64,000 nucleotides of DNA, taken from positions 124,001 to 188,000 of the forward strand of contig CP128815.1 in assembly GCA_051546255.1 (NCBI GenBank), in the 5' to 3' direction. The translations under genes and the position numbers were made by a program. The stretch comes from Meyerozyma guilliermondii (Eukaryota). Numbering within the stretch: position 1 is the first letter of the stretch; each line of letters opens with the position of its first letter. Under the pieces are notes generated by a model that was not told where the DNA came from, made no database searches, and saw only the letters and a program-made list of their open reading frames with translations. This document shows positions 54,891 to 64,000 of this stretch, in pieces.

Positions 54891-55094
54891 GGCGCAACCA
54901 TCTCGGAAAAGCGAAGTTGCATCCCGGGGATTATATGCAGCGTTTTGGCAGTGCCTCGGCTCGAACCCGCGGCCGTTTGTGCGCGGTCGGTTGTGCCACG
55001 CGGAGAAAGCGAGTCTTGTATGCACACCCACGTCCACGTATCAGTTTTTCGAAATGCTCTCGGTAGGCGTTCGAGCACAACACCCTGTTCTACC

Positions 55095-57341
55095 ATGAAT
55101 TTCGAGGAAGCTGAAGACATCAACGGTGTTCGCTTCTCGTGGAATACGTTCCCATCAACCAAAGTTGAAGCGGGAAAGACCGTGGTGCCAATAGGATCGT
55201 TATTTACTCCATTGAAGTTTAGACAAGATCTACCAGTCGCTGATTATGATCCTCATTTCTGTTTGAATCAAAATTGTAGAAGTGTGTTGAATCCATACTG
55301 CTCGGTGGACCCATCAGGATCATGGATTTGTCCATTGTGTGGAACAAGATGTCCCTTACCTCCTCATTATCAGGGCATAACCCAGGACAATTTGCCCATC
55401 GAATTGAACCCGGCATCTTCCACCATTGAATATATCACGGCTCGTCCTGTTCCCAACCCTCCCATCTTTCTCTTTGTGATTGATACTTGTCAAGATGATG
55501 ATACTTTGCAAGCGTTGAAAGATACGTTGATTGTTTCATTGTCTTTGTTCCCACCCAACGCGTTAATTGGGTTAATTACTTATGGTGCCATGGTTCAAGT
55601 CCATGACTTGGGATCGGAATCGATTAAAAAATCGTATATTTTCCGTGGTGATAGGGCTTACGATGAAAAACAAATCAATGACATGTTGAATAAACCAGTG
55701 TTGACTCCTCAGGGTACCCCTCAGTTTGCTAATTCGTTATTCCGCTTCTTGTTGCCAATCGAAGAAGTCGAATACCAACTTACTGATATCTTGGAGAATT
55801 TGACTCGAGACCCTTGGCCCGTGGCTAATGGTGATCGTCCATTGAGATCTGCCGGTTCTGCGTTGAACATCGCCTCCAATTTGTTGGGACTCACCTACGC
55901 TGGCTTTGGTGGTCGCATTATGCTTTTCGCCGCCGGTCCATGTACCCTCAATCCAGGTATGATAGTGGGTCCTAAGTTGAAAGAGCCCAAACGGTCTCAT
56001 TCTGACATTGACAAGGACAATGCCAAACATTACAAAAAGGCAATGAAATTCTACGATGGAATCGCTGCTAAAACCGTGAAAAATGGTCATACCATTGACA
56101 TCTTTGCCGGTTGTCTCGATGAAATCGGAATGTTGGAAATGAAGAGCTTATGTCACCAGACTGGTGGATGCATGGTATACTCCGATGCTTTTACCACTTC
56201 CATCTTCAAGCAGTCCTTTTTGAGATTATTCAACAAGGATAATGACGGGTACTTGTTAATGGGCTTCAATGGTACATTAGACATCAAATGCTCGCGTGAA
56301 CTCAAGGTCAGTGGATTAATTGGACATGCCTCGTCTCTCCACATCAAATCGCCCAACGTTTCTGAAAACGAGGTGGGAGTTGGTGGAACCTCGCAATACA
56401 AGCTTTGTTCAGTCACACCCCAGCATACCTATGCTATCTTTTTTGACGTTGCCAACACTCTGCCATTACCACCAAACGCACAGTCGTACATACAATTCAT
56501 CACCCATTACCAGCATGCATCCGGAACATATCGTTTGAGAGTAACTACAGTATCCAACATCTTGACTGGTGATGAGCAGGTACTAACTCAGTCGTTTGAC
56601 CAGGAGGCAGCAGCTGTTTTGATGTCTCGAATCACATTATTCAAATCTGAACAAGATGATGGCGCTGATGTTTTACGTTGGGTCGATAGGATGCTTATCA
56701 GACTTTGCCAAAAGTTTGCCGACTATAGAAAAGACTTAGACGAAACATTCAGATTGGGACCTCAGTTTTCATTGTTCCCTCAATTTATCTACTACTTGAG
56801 AAGATCCCAATTTTTACAGGTGTTCAACAACTCGCCCGATGAAACAGCATTTTACAGACATGTTTTGATGACTGAAGATTGTAACAATTCGCTTATAATG
56901 ATCCAGCCTACATTGACATCGTTTTCTTTGGATAGCGAACCTGAACCTGTGTTATTGGATTCTGTATCTATCAAGGATGATCGAATTCTTCTTCTCGACA
57001 CATTCTTCCATATCTTAATTTTCCATGGTAAGACCATTGCGGAATGGCGTAAGGCAGGATATCAGGATCAGGAAGAATATGCCAATTTGAAACAATTGTT
57101 AGAGGAACCAAAGCAAGAGGCGGCTGAGTTGTTAGTGGACCGTTTCCCCTTGCCCAGGTTCATTGATACTGAGGAGGGTGGATCGCAGGCGAGATTCTTG
57201 TACTCCAAGTTGAACCCAAGTACCACGTACAATAATCAAAGTGCAATCGGTGCCAATGGTGCGGTGGTGTTGACTGACGACGTTTCCTTGCAGGTATTTA
57301 TGTCACACTTACAAAAGTTGGTTGTTTCGGGTTCTACCTGA
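55095..57341 (+). CDS. SEC23: COPII coat subunit Sec23
   Basis: ATG at 55095 ([17 protein letters not shown]); zinc finger, [19 protein letters not shown] and [19 protein letters not shown]. Confidence 0.97.
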   Translation: MNFEEAEDINGVRFSWNTFPSTKVEAGKTVVPIGSLFTPLKFRQDLPVADYDPHFCLNQNCRSVLNPYCSVDPSGSWICPLCGTRCPLPPHYQGITQDNLPIELNPASSTIEYITARPVPNPPIFLFVIDTCQDDDTLQALKDTLIVSLSLFPPNALIGLITYGAMVQVHDLGSESIKKSYIFRGDRAYDEKQINDMLNKPVLTPQGTPQFANSLFRFLLPIEEVEYQLTDILENLTRDPWPVANGDRPLRSAGSALNIASNLLGLTYAGFGGRIMLFAAGPCTLNPGMIVGPKLKEPKRSHSDIDKDNAKHYKKAMKFYDGIAAKTVKNGHTIDIFAGCLDEIGMLEMKSLCHQTGGCMVYSDAFTTSIFKQSFLRLFNKDNDGYLLMGFNGTLDIKCSRELKVSGLIGHASSLHIKSPNVSENEVGVGGTSQYKLCSVTPQHTYAIFFDVANTLPLPPNAQSYIQFITHYQHASGTYRLRVTTVSNILTGDEQVLTQSFDQEAAAVLMSRITLFKSEQDDGADVLRWVDRMLIRLCQKFADYRKDLDETFRLGPQFSLFPQFIYYLRRSQFLQVFNNSPDETAFYRHVLMTEDCNNSLIMIQPTLTSFSLDSEPEPVLLDSVSIKDDRILLLDTFFHILIFHGKTIAEWRKAGYQDQEEYANLKQLLEEPKQEAAELLVDRFPLPRFIDTEEGGSQARFLYSKLNPSTTYNNQSAIGANGAVVLTDDVSLQVFMSHLQKLVVSGST

Positions 57342-57440
57342 ACAATCTGAATCTTTAAAGCAGTTTTACTTCTAGTTGTATGTACTTGTAGGAGTGTGCA
57401 GGATTATTCATAGGAACGAAAAAGCGTCAGAACAACCAAT

Positions 57441-58527
57441 ATGACGGATGAATTGACAGCAGGTAAGTACATTTCAATTAAATCTAACCGTCCCTTATAC
57501 TAATACAGACGAAATAGCCCTATATGATAGGCAGATCCGTCTTTGGGGAATGGCTACCCAGCTTCGGCTCCGCTCTGCCAAAATATTGGTGATTAATCTT
57601 GGTGCTGCTGGCACCGAAGTCGTGAAAAATCTTGTGCTTGGAGGTATCAATTCTCTTGAAATTTTGGATGATTCTAGTGTTGTGGAAGATGACTTTCTGA
57701 GCCAGTTCTTTCTACCTAACGAGAATGTTGTTGGGAAACTAAAGCTTCCTTTAGTCATAGATCGGATCAAAGACTTGAACAATAGAGTTAATCTCTCGAT
57801 TAATACCCATAACATATCGGAAAGTATACTCTCAGAGGGCTATTTGAGTAAGTTTGACCTTGTAATTGCTACAGAATTAAAAAAAGACGAAATGATTCAG
57901 TTGAACGAAGTGACAAGAAAATTGAATATTCCATTGTATGTTTCCGGTGTCCATGGAATGTTGGGTTATATTTTCACCGATCTTATCAAACATGAGTCTA
58001 CGTCCGAAAAGGACCTTGGAAACCAGCCTCGGGAGACAGGGACAAAGTTGAGCCCATCCAAGACCATAACTAAGGTTGAACTCAACCTGACAAAAGACAA
58101 AGAATTGGTTACTGTCAGCGATGAGTTTGTAGAGTTGCAACATTTCTTCGTTTCCAAGAACCTTCCCACGCAATTGAACCGACGCCAGATGAAGCGACTT
58201 TCAGCTGCATTTCCACTAATCTTTTCACTTTTTGAATGCAAAAAGGAACAGCTTGAAAATATGAAAACTGAAGAAATAGTAGCGCTCCTCCGTGATACCT
58301 CCAACAGAATTTGTGATTTATTTGGGATACCACAGACAGTGGTCACAGACCTGAGTATAGAAGCGGTTCTGCAACAAGCTTATACGGAATTTACTCCATC
58401 GGCAGCTATTCTCGGTGGAGCTCTTGCACAGGATGTGATTCAATTCTTGAGTGGAAAAGAGAGCCCCATTAATAATTGTCTTATTCTTGATGCATTCAGG
58501 TCCGAAATATCTATATATGTATTATAG
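57441..58527 (+). CDS. AOS1: SUMO-activating enzyme E1 subunit; exons 57441-57462 and 57509-58527
   Basis: Splicing restores MTDELTADEIALYDRQIRLWGM; EVVKNLVLGGI and AILGGALAQDVI. Confidence 0.92.
57463..57508 (+). other. 46-nt spliceosomal intron in AOS1
   Basis: GTAAGT donor, TACTAAT branch-like motif at 57498-57504, CAG acceptor at 57506-57508; phase-1 join is in frame. Confidence 0.88.
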
Positions 58528-58542
58528 TCGATACACGAAATC

Positions 58543-60513
58543 TTATTTTCCATTGGGAGTGAGACCTCTTACTTTTCTTTTCTTCAAATGAGACGTATCT
58601 TTGAGAAACTTGAAGGTATTTCCCAACTTTCTCTTGAGAGAGTCGTGCTTTTCTCTAGCTGTCTGCAACTTTTCAAGTTGCTTTTGACGCTCAGTGTCTC
58701 TCTGCTGAAAAGCATCAATTTTAGACTCTCGAAGTTGTTCCAACTCTTGTTTCAACAGGGCGTTCAGATTTTTCATTTCTTCAATTTGTTTTCTTGAAGT
58801 CTCGGTAGATGCAAGTGAGTTCTCGTATTCTCTCGCCATGTACGTCTTCTCTTCTTGTCGAGCTTTGACCTTTTCGATTGTGGTTTTGACTGCTTCCTGA
58901 AGTTCCCAAATTTTTATTTGGTTTGAGTAGTACTCTTTCTTTGTTCCCTGGTATTCTTCAGAGTCCGCAAGTGAAGAGATTCCATTTTCTAATACCTGGT
59001 TTTCGTCTTTGAGCTTTTCAACTTCTTCAGACATGGACCTGGTTTGTTTTTCAGCTGAAGCGATTCTCGACTCATGGTGGCTCATTTCTTCCCTCAATTT
59101 GGCGAGCGCCGTTTTAGTTTCGTGAAGTCTTCTTCCTTGTTTGGCTTGGGTCTCTGGTTCGTTGAATGTGACATACGTATTGTACTCATCTCTTTTCAAG
59201 TCGTAAGCCATGTATGCATTGTTGAGTTGCATTAACACCTTATGTGTAACCATGAAGTTGCTCTGATTACCGTTATCCTTATAGTCGTGAGATAGTATAC
59301 CTATCAACTTGTTGTAGTCATTTTTCAATGGATTCGTAACATAATTCAGCTGCAATCTCTTAGTTTCGTAGTATGTAAGACGTTGTGCTTGGTTCTTTGG
59401 CATTGATTCAGACACTTCGGATGAATCGTATGGAGTATAATGGAACGATACCTCTGTGAGAAGACAACGTTCAACGTCAGAGGGATTAAATTTGGGTATT
59501 CTAGGAAGATCTGGGAATGGCCAGCCGACTCTTTTTCGAGCAGACTGTGTTTTCAAAACATGCTCCAAAAACGTGCCGGAAAGATAGTTGAGTCGTTGGT
59601 TGTAAATTGGCACCAAATCAGGCGGAATATTACCGATCTGGTCACGCAAGCACACTATCGATGAGATGAGCTTATACAAGTGGTCTGGTTGTTTGCGCAC
59701 CAGTTTGTAGAAAAGTAGACAGTGTTCGATGGTCAACAATGGGACTAGGCGAATAACAATAGCATCGTTCAAGCGGTTTTGTGATTTGAGTCGGGCAAAG
59801 AAATCGCTGTCTGTGTCGACGAAACTATCGAAAACAATAACAAGATCAAACTTAATATTGGGAATCTGATCAGCATCTTTAGTTACAGCTCCATCTCCGG
59901 GAAGTAAATGGATCACAGTCTTTGAAATTTTCCCATAACCAGAAGACGAATTGTAGGATGAGACATTAGTATTACCAGAAGCACCTCCACCTCGGTTATC
60001 TCGCTTAATTTTGTTTCCAACATACCGTTTTACTACTTTTGGACCATTACAACTCTGAAGCAAAGCCTCCACCAAATCGAAATATTTAGGGTTGTTATTA
60101 CACACAACTGCCACATTCTTCACCTCGTTGGATTTTATCTGCACCAAGACATTTATCAAGTCTCCTAGAACACTAAACTTACCACTGGTGTCTGCTAGTT
60201 TTCCTGCCATGTCTCTCTGACCCAAATTTTTCGGCATGTAATGGTCGATGAGAAGATACGGATGACTGCTGACCAACATGCAGTTGTGTATACATATCTC
60301 TAGCGACTTTATAATGGAGTGGCCGGAATCGTCGGTTTCACAGTATTTGAGGATATCGGGGTAATGCAAAGACACAATTTGGTCAGTAAGTTCTTTTTGG
60401 AATTCGAACATTGGGGTTGCTAGTTGGTAGTCGCCGGAGTCATTGACTCGTTCTAGATGTAGATCGATGATGTCAGGCTCCGGAGGAGCATCTAGAATGT
60501 GGTGGAGGTTCAT
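58543..60513 (-). CDS. HDA3: HDA1 histone deacetylase complex subunit 3
   Basis: GDYQL.TPM..FQKELTDQIVSLHY.DIL, HPYLLIDHYMPK and SGKFSVL; C-terminal coiled coil; ATG at 60513. Confidence 0.9.
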   Translation of the reverse strand: MNLHHILDAPPEPDIIDLHLERVNDSGDYQLATPMFEFQKELTDQIVSLHYPDILKYCETDDSGHSIIKSLEICIHNCMLVSSHPYLLIDHYMPKNLGQRDMAGKLADTSGKFSVLGDLINVLVQIKSNEVKNVAVVCNNNPKYFDLVEALLQSCNGPKVVKRYVGNKIKRDNRGGGASGNTNVSSYNSSSGYGKISKTVIHLLPGDGAVTKDADQIPNIKFDLVIVFDSFVDTDSDFFARLKSQNRLNDAIVIRLVPLLTIEHCLLFYKLVRKQPDHLYKLISSIVCLRDQIGNIPPDLVPIYNQRLNYLSGTFLEHVLKTQSARKRVGWPFPDLPRIPKFNPSDVERCLLTEVSFHYTPYDSSEVSESMPKNQAQRLTYYETKRLQLNYVTNPLKNDYNKLIGILSHDYKDNGNQSNFMVTHKVLMQLNNAYMAYDLKRDEYNTYVTFNEPETQAKQGRRLHETKTALAKLREEMSHHESRIASAEKQTRSMSEEVEKLKDENQVLENGISSLADSEEYQGTKKEYYSNQIKIWELQEAVKTTIEKVKARQEEKTYMAREYENSLASTETSRKQIEEMKNLNALLKQELEQLRESKIDAFQQRDTERQKQLEKLQTAREKHDSLKRKLGNTFKFLKDTSHLKKRKVRGLTPNGK

Positions 60514-60655
60514 GGTGGAGGTGAAATGCAAAATTGGCGAAATGCGGCTGTTGACCCTGCATCGGCAAGGCAAGGTACAGGTGCAGGTACGGTTCCGGTA
60601 AGGGTTCCCGTAGAGTTCTGGTGGGTGCAAATTAAATGTAGTAGTGCTTTTATGA

Positions 60656-62053
60656 TTAGTCTATACTTCCCCATACGCGGATATTCTTGTCCCAGCCACA
60701 ACTATATATACTGCTACCGTCTCCATTAACATCGCAACTCATAACCTTGTCTGTATGTCCTCGTAAACTGCACACTTTGATCCAATTGTCTGCCGACCAA
60801 ACATTGACGAGTCCATCGTAAGAGCTGGTTACCAAGTATGAGCCACTAGAGTCAAGGATCTCACCAGCATTATCATTTTCGTCGGTAACCTCCTGTGAAA
60901 GTGCGCCGGGAAACCTTGTTCCATGGAAAAATCGTACACAGCTAACGAGCTTTGTATGAGCAGGTATGGTGAAAATCTCGTTTGAATTATTGGGTGTGAT
61001 CTTCCGGAGATCCCAGACTTTTACCAGGCAGTCAGCGCTCGCGGTCGCCATATGGTACCCATTAGGAGAAAAATCGATACTGTGAATTGCTTGAGCATGG
61101 CCCTGTAATGTTGATATGCATCTTCCACTTCGCAAGTCCCACAAGCGTGCCATAGCGTCCTGGCTACCGGAACAGAAAATGCTACCATCCGGTTGAAATG
61201 CTCCACATAAAACCAGCTTGGAATGGCCCTCTTGAACAAGAAGTTCTTCGTGGGTATTTGCGTCCCACAACTTCCAGGTTTGGTCAAATGACGTAGATGC
61301 TATGTAGTCAAACGTGGGATGGTACAACGTGCTGGTAATTCTCTCTCCATGTGCACGCTCTATAGTGGCCGCTTCCATTGTATCGTCAGATAAATCCAAC
61401 TTCCACTGATTTATATTACCTTCTTGACCCCCAGAAACAAAAGTATTTTCAGGGCCCCAGTCTATGGAACCCACCTTTTCCAGGTGTCCAGTCCTCTGAA
61501 TTTTGGTCTTGAGGTCCTCTTGGTTGAGAATACTCACTGTGCCGTCCCATGAACCACATGCTAGAATACCACCATAGGGCGAAGCTCGAATAGACGAAAT
61601 TGTTCTGGTAACCCCAGGAACCACTTGAGAGCCTAACAATTCGAAAGTCTTGAGTCGGGAGTTAATATTTCTTCGATGTTTAAGTAGCTTAATGGGATCT
61701 TTAGTCGCCTCTGATTGAGCCTTTATACGCTGAGACGCTCGTTTGAGTGAATCATGGAGAATATTTTTTCTGCAAATAAGCAAGCTTTCTGGTCCTGGGG
61801 TATAAAACACCTCGTTATCGTCGTCTTCCTCTTCACTCATCTCGTCAGGTTCACTTTTCGATCTCATCTCAAGTACATTTTTGAGTCTTTCTCTTCTTCG
61901 CCCTGGTCCTTCTCCATAGTTTGTAACAGGCTCTCCCAACTTTCTGAGCAACCTTTTAACTTCTTCGTCATCTTCAGGTACCCCCTGGACTTCTGCAAGG
62001 TTTGTCTTGTTGGTTTTGGGCTCGTTCGCTACGGGTACATCTTTAAGGTCCAT
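60656..62053 (-). CDS. PRP4: U4/U6 snRNP WD40 protein
   Basis: SFM motif (LRKLGEPVT.YGE...RRERL), FYTPG and WD repeats (LLVQEGHSK, LWDLRSGR, FSPNGYHMAT); ATG at 62053. Confidence 0.92.
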   Translation of the reverse strand: MDLKDVPVANEPKTNKTNLAEVQGVPEDDEEVKRLLRKLGEPVTNYGEGPGRRRERLKNVLEMRSKSEPDEMSEEEDDDNEVFYTPGPESLLICRKNILHDSLKRASQRIKAQSEATKDPIKLLKHRRNINSRLKTFELLGSQVVPGVTRTISSIRASPYGGILACGSWDGTVSILNQEDLKTKIQRTGHLEKVGSIDWGPENTFVSGGQEGNINQWKLDLSDDTMEAATIERAHGERITSTLYHPTFDYIASTSFDQTWKLWDANTHEELLVQEGHSKLVLCGAFQPDGSIFCSGSQDAMARLWDLRSGRCISTLQGHAQAIHSIDFSPNGYHMATASADCLVKVWDLRKITPNNSNEIFTIPAHTKLVSCVRFFHGTRFPGALSQEVTDENDNAGEILDSSGSYLVTSSYDGLVNVWSADNWIKVCSLRGHTDKVMSCDVNGDGSSIYSCGWDKNIRVWGSID

Positions 62054-62094
62054 ATGTAAATTCAATGAGATTTTGAATGGGTGCGAAATTTATT

Positions 62095-64000
62095 TTAGTC
62101 AGTATAAAGGCCATAAACGTCACTGAGCACATCGTCGTTGATTACCTCATTGAACTGCACAATGCTTGAAAGGGGACTTGATTCAGACTCTTGGTAACAT
62201 CTAGTGTGTTTCTTGAAGTCAAAGGACCGCCGTAACCAGCTCCTTTTGGGTAAATTGATGTTGCATTCTTTTGAAGACTCTCCCAGAACTGTTAGTGCTG
62301 AGGGCAGCAAGAGCTTGTCCTTGACAAATTCAATGAAATAAGAGCTCTCCAAATTTATAACTTTGTTTCTTGATACTTCTTCTTCACCAAACTTGCCTCC
62401 AAAATGGTAATTACCAGTGACAATCTTACCCCAGTTATGTCTATGCCTTTTTGTATTTTTCCCCTCACCTATGTTGGAACTCCCCTGAGTGTGTGGTACC
62501 CTGTATACTGGACAGGACGGTGGATCTGTTAGTGTCGAATCTCTTGGACTGTCAACATAAGAAACCGTAAAGTTGTTCTTGATGGTATCGAATTCTTGTG
62601 CAGTATATGATGACAATCGGGTACTCCATTCCTTTAAAAAGACCCTTATATGTTGCTCAAGACAAGTGGAGCTATGAAATGAGCTAGTTATTGCCAACCT
62701 GATTCCAACGCTAGTACTGAACATTTGTGGTGCTGCATCGACATAATAACCCAAACATTTTTCCATGCGTAATTCTCGATCAGCGGCTGTGGCAAGTAAA
62801 AACCCTATCATATATGACATCATTACTGCAATTGGATCTGTCTTGTTACCCAATTCGCAGAAAATCATGGTAGTGGTGGATGTGTTAGGAGACGGTATCT
62901 TGAAGCTAAGCGAGCGTCCGCCAAGAGATATTGATTCATTTTGCACAAGTGACTTGAAGGGTTGAGAGCCAGTAAGTAATGGTTTTAGGGCTCTGTAGGT
63001 TTGCTGAACACATTCTTCATCTACAAATCCACTCATGAGCACTTTCAAATATTTGAGGGAATTTTTCAAATGGTTGCAAAATTTCTGAATTGTGCAAATA
63101 TCCACCACTTCCAAAATTTCAATTCTCTCATCAAGAGAATGTATCGCTGGTTCAAGCAAGTAGTATGAAACAGATAAGACCTGTTTCAATCCAGAAACAT
63201 CACCAAACTCATCATAGCAATGTCTTACTTGTGTTCGGGCTCTTCGCAACTCGGTGTTTGAAATGGTGGTAACCATTTCGATTATGCTTAAAGTGCCGTC
63301 TAATAGCAACTTTAACGCATCTTGAATGAAATCCTTCAAGCCAGAAACATTGAAGGATAAGCTGTTTTGGTAGTTGAGATTTGGACATATGCTCCATTCG
63401 ACTCCCAATTCTTCAACCTTGTATAATTCATGCCGCAATGTATTTCCAATAATGTTGCTCAACAAATCAAGCATTACGTCGGTTTTGGCTGTACGGGATA
63501 ACGTTGTGAATAATATCTGGAATGATAGTCTGACTTTGCAACCGGAAACTTCTTCGTAAGAGTCGGTCCACATCTCTAAATTCGGCAGCTTCAAGCACTG
63601 AACTGGCTGACTACTGGGCATTAAAATTTTACTGGAACTTTGGGACTGTTCGAGTTGAACTTGTTTGAACAAACTTTGATTGGAGTCTTGACTGGAGTCT
63701 CGACTGTAGTCTCGCCTGAAGCCCAGTGTTGTATTTTCTTGAAAAAGTTTAGGGTTCAAATAATGCCGTTCATACTCAAAGTCAAACTGAGGGTGAACTC
63801 CACTATCAATATGGTCTCCATAAAGATCTTGAATATTTGGGTTCTTCTTTCCCATGATAATCAAGTTCATTCTACCAGGCTCCAAGATTTTTCCGGAACA
63901 AGTGACAAACTCTTTTGCTCTTGAAGTCCAACTGGTTCCCAGCATAATATCATCCCAATCATCATAGCCACGAATTATGTTTTTTGTTTTAATGGTATCA
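62095..64000 (-). CDS. AXL1: C-terminal part of an M16A insulysin-like metalloprotease (Axl1-like), partial
   Basis: Frame is open to the window end; ELRMEKCLGYYV resembles the insulysin LRT.EQLGY.V motif; strong divergence fits Axl1 better than Ste23. Confidence 0.55.
   Translation of the reverse strand, partial: DTIKTKNIIRGYDDWDDIMLGTSWTSRAKEFVTCSGKILEPGRMNLIIMGKKNPNIQDLYGDHIDSGVHPQFDFEYERHYLNPKLFQENTTLGFRRDYSRDSSQDSNQSLFKQVQLEQSQSSSKILMPSSQPVQCLKLPNLEMWTDSYEEVSGCKVRLSFQILFTTLSRTAKTDVMLDLLSNIIGNTLRHELYKVEELGVEWSICPNLNYQNSLSFNVSGLKDFIQDALKLLLDGTLSIIEMVTTISNTELRRARTQVRHCYDEFGDVSGLKQVLSVSYYLLEPAIHSLDERIEILEVVDICTIQKFCNHLKNSLKYLKVLMSGFVDEECVQQTYRALKPLLTGSQPFKSLVQNESISLGGRSLSFKIPSPNTSTTTMIFCELGNKTDPIAVMMSYMIGFLLATAADRELRMEKCLGYYVDAAPQMFSTSVGIRLAITSSFHSSTCLEQHIRVFLKEWSTRLSSYTAQEFDTIKNNFTVSYVDSPRDSTLTDPPSCPVYRVPHTQGSSNIGEGKNTKRHRHNWGKIVTGNYHFGGKFGEEEVSRNKVINLESSYFIEFVKDKLLLPSALTVLGESSKECNINLPKRSWLRRSFDFKKHTRCYQESESSPLSSIVQFNEVINDDVLSDVYGLYTD

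Noticed and set aside
54888..55094. N-terminal extensions from GTG/TTG starts (SEC23, ARF, GRC3, HDA3, Zn-cluster TF) and the upstream-ATG extension of EMP47 overlapping GRC3
   Set aside because: ORF-finder artefacts; homology or the signal peptide begins at downstream ATGs.

Overview
Gene-dense, nearly intronless nuclear DNA from a budding yeast of the CUG-Ser (CTG) clade. Several CTG codons fall at positions that are Ser in homologs, so the supplied standard-code translations show Leu where Ser is probably meant. From about 15 kb to 64 kb the window is housekeeping genes: GRC3, EMP47, RGD2, SWP82-like, ARF, ECI1, NPR3, PRP8, ASI1/3-like, LCB1, CDC23, MFT1-like, MPC2, an MRP/YCF1-type ABC transporter, ACO1, a Zn2Cys6 factor, SEC23, AOS1 (46-nt intron), HDA3, PRP4 and a partial AXL1/insulysin-like gene. 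The first 15 kb hold three unusual blocks. (1) LYS5 is followed by a divergent aldolase/aldehyde dehydrogenase pair that probably performs two consecutive carnitine-biosynthesis steps. (2) There is a tandem array of four diverged RNase H1 genes: three intact, one pseudogene, and one intact copy ending in a Fis1-like membrane tail anchor. The spacers carry shared 3' flank motifs and a degenerate inverted repeat. (3) A putative self-contained detoxification regulon contains an ATR1-like MFS pump and a YNR064C-like epoxide hydrolase. They share a divergent promoter with five TGATRGGWKAC motifs (Fzf1-like TGATAG core) and sit directly beside an FZF1-like five-zinc-finger gene. All family assignments come from motif recognition and recall, not database searches.
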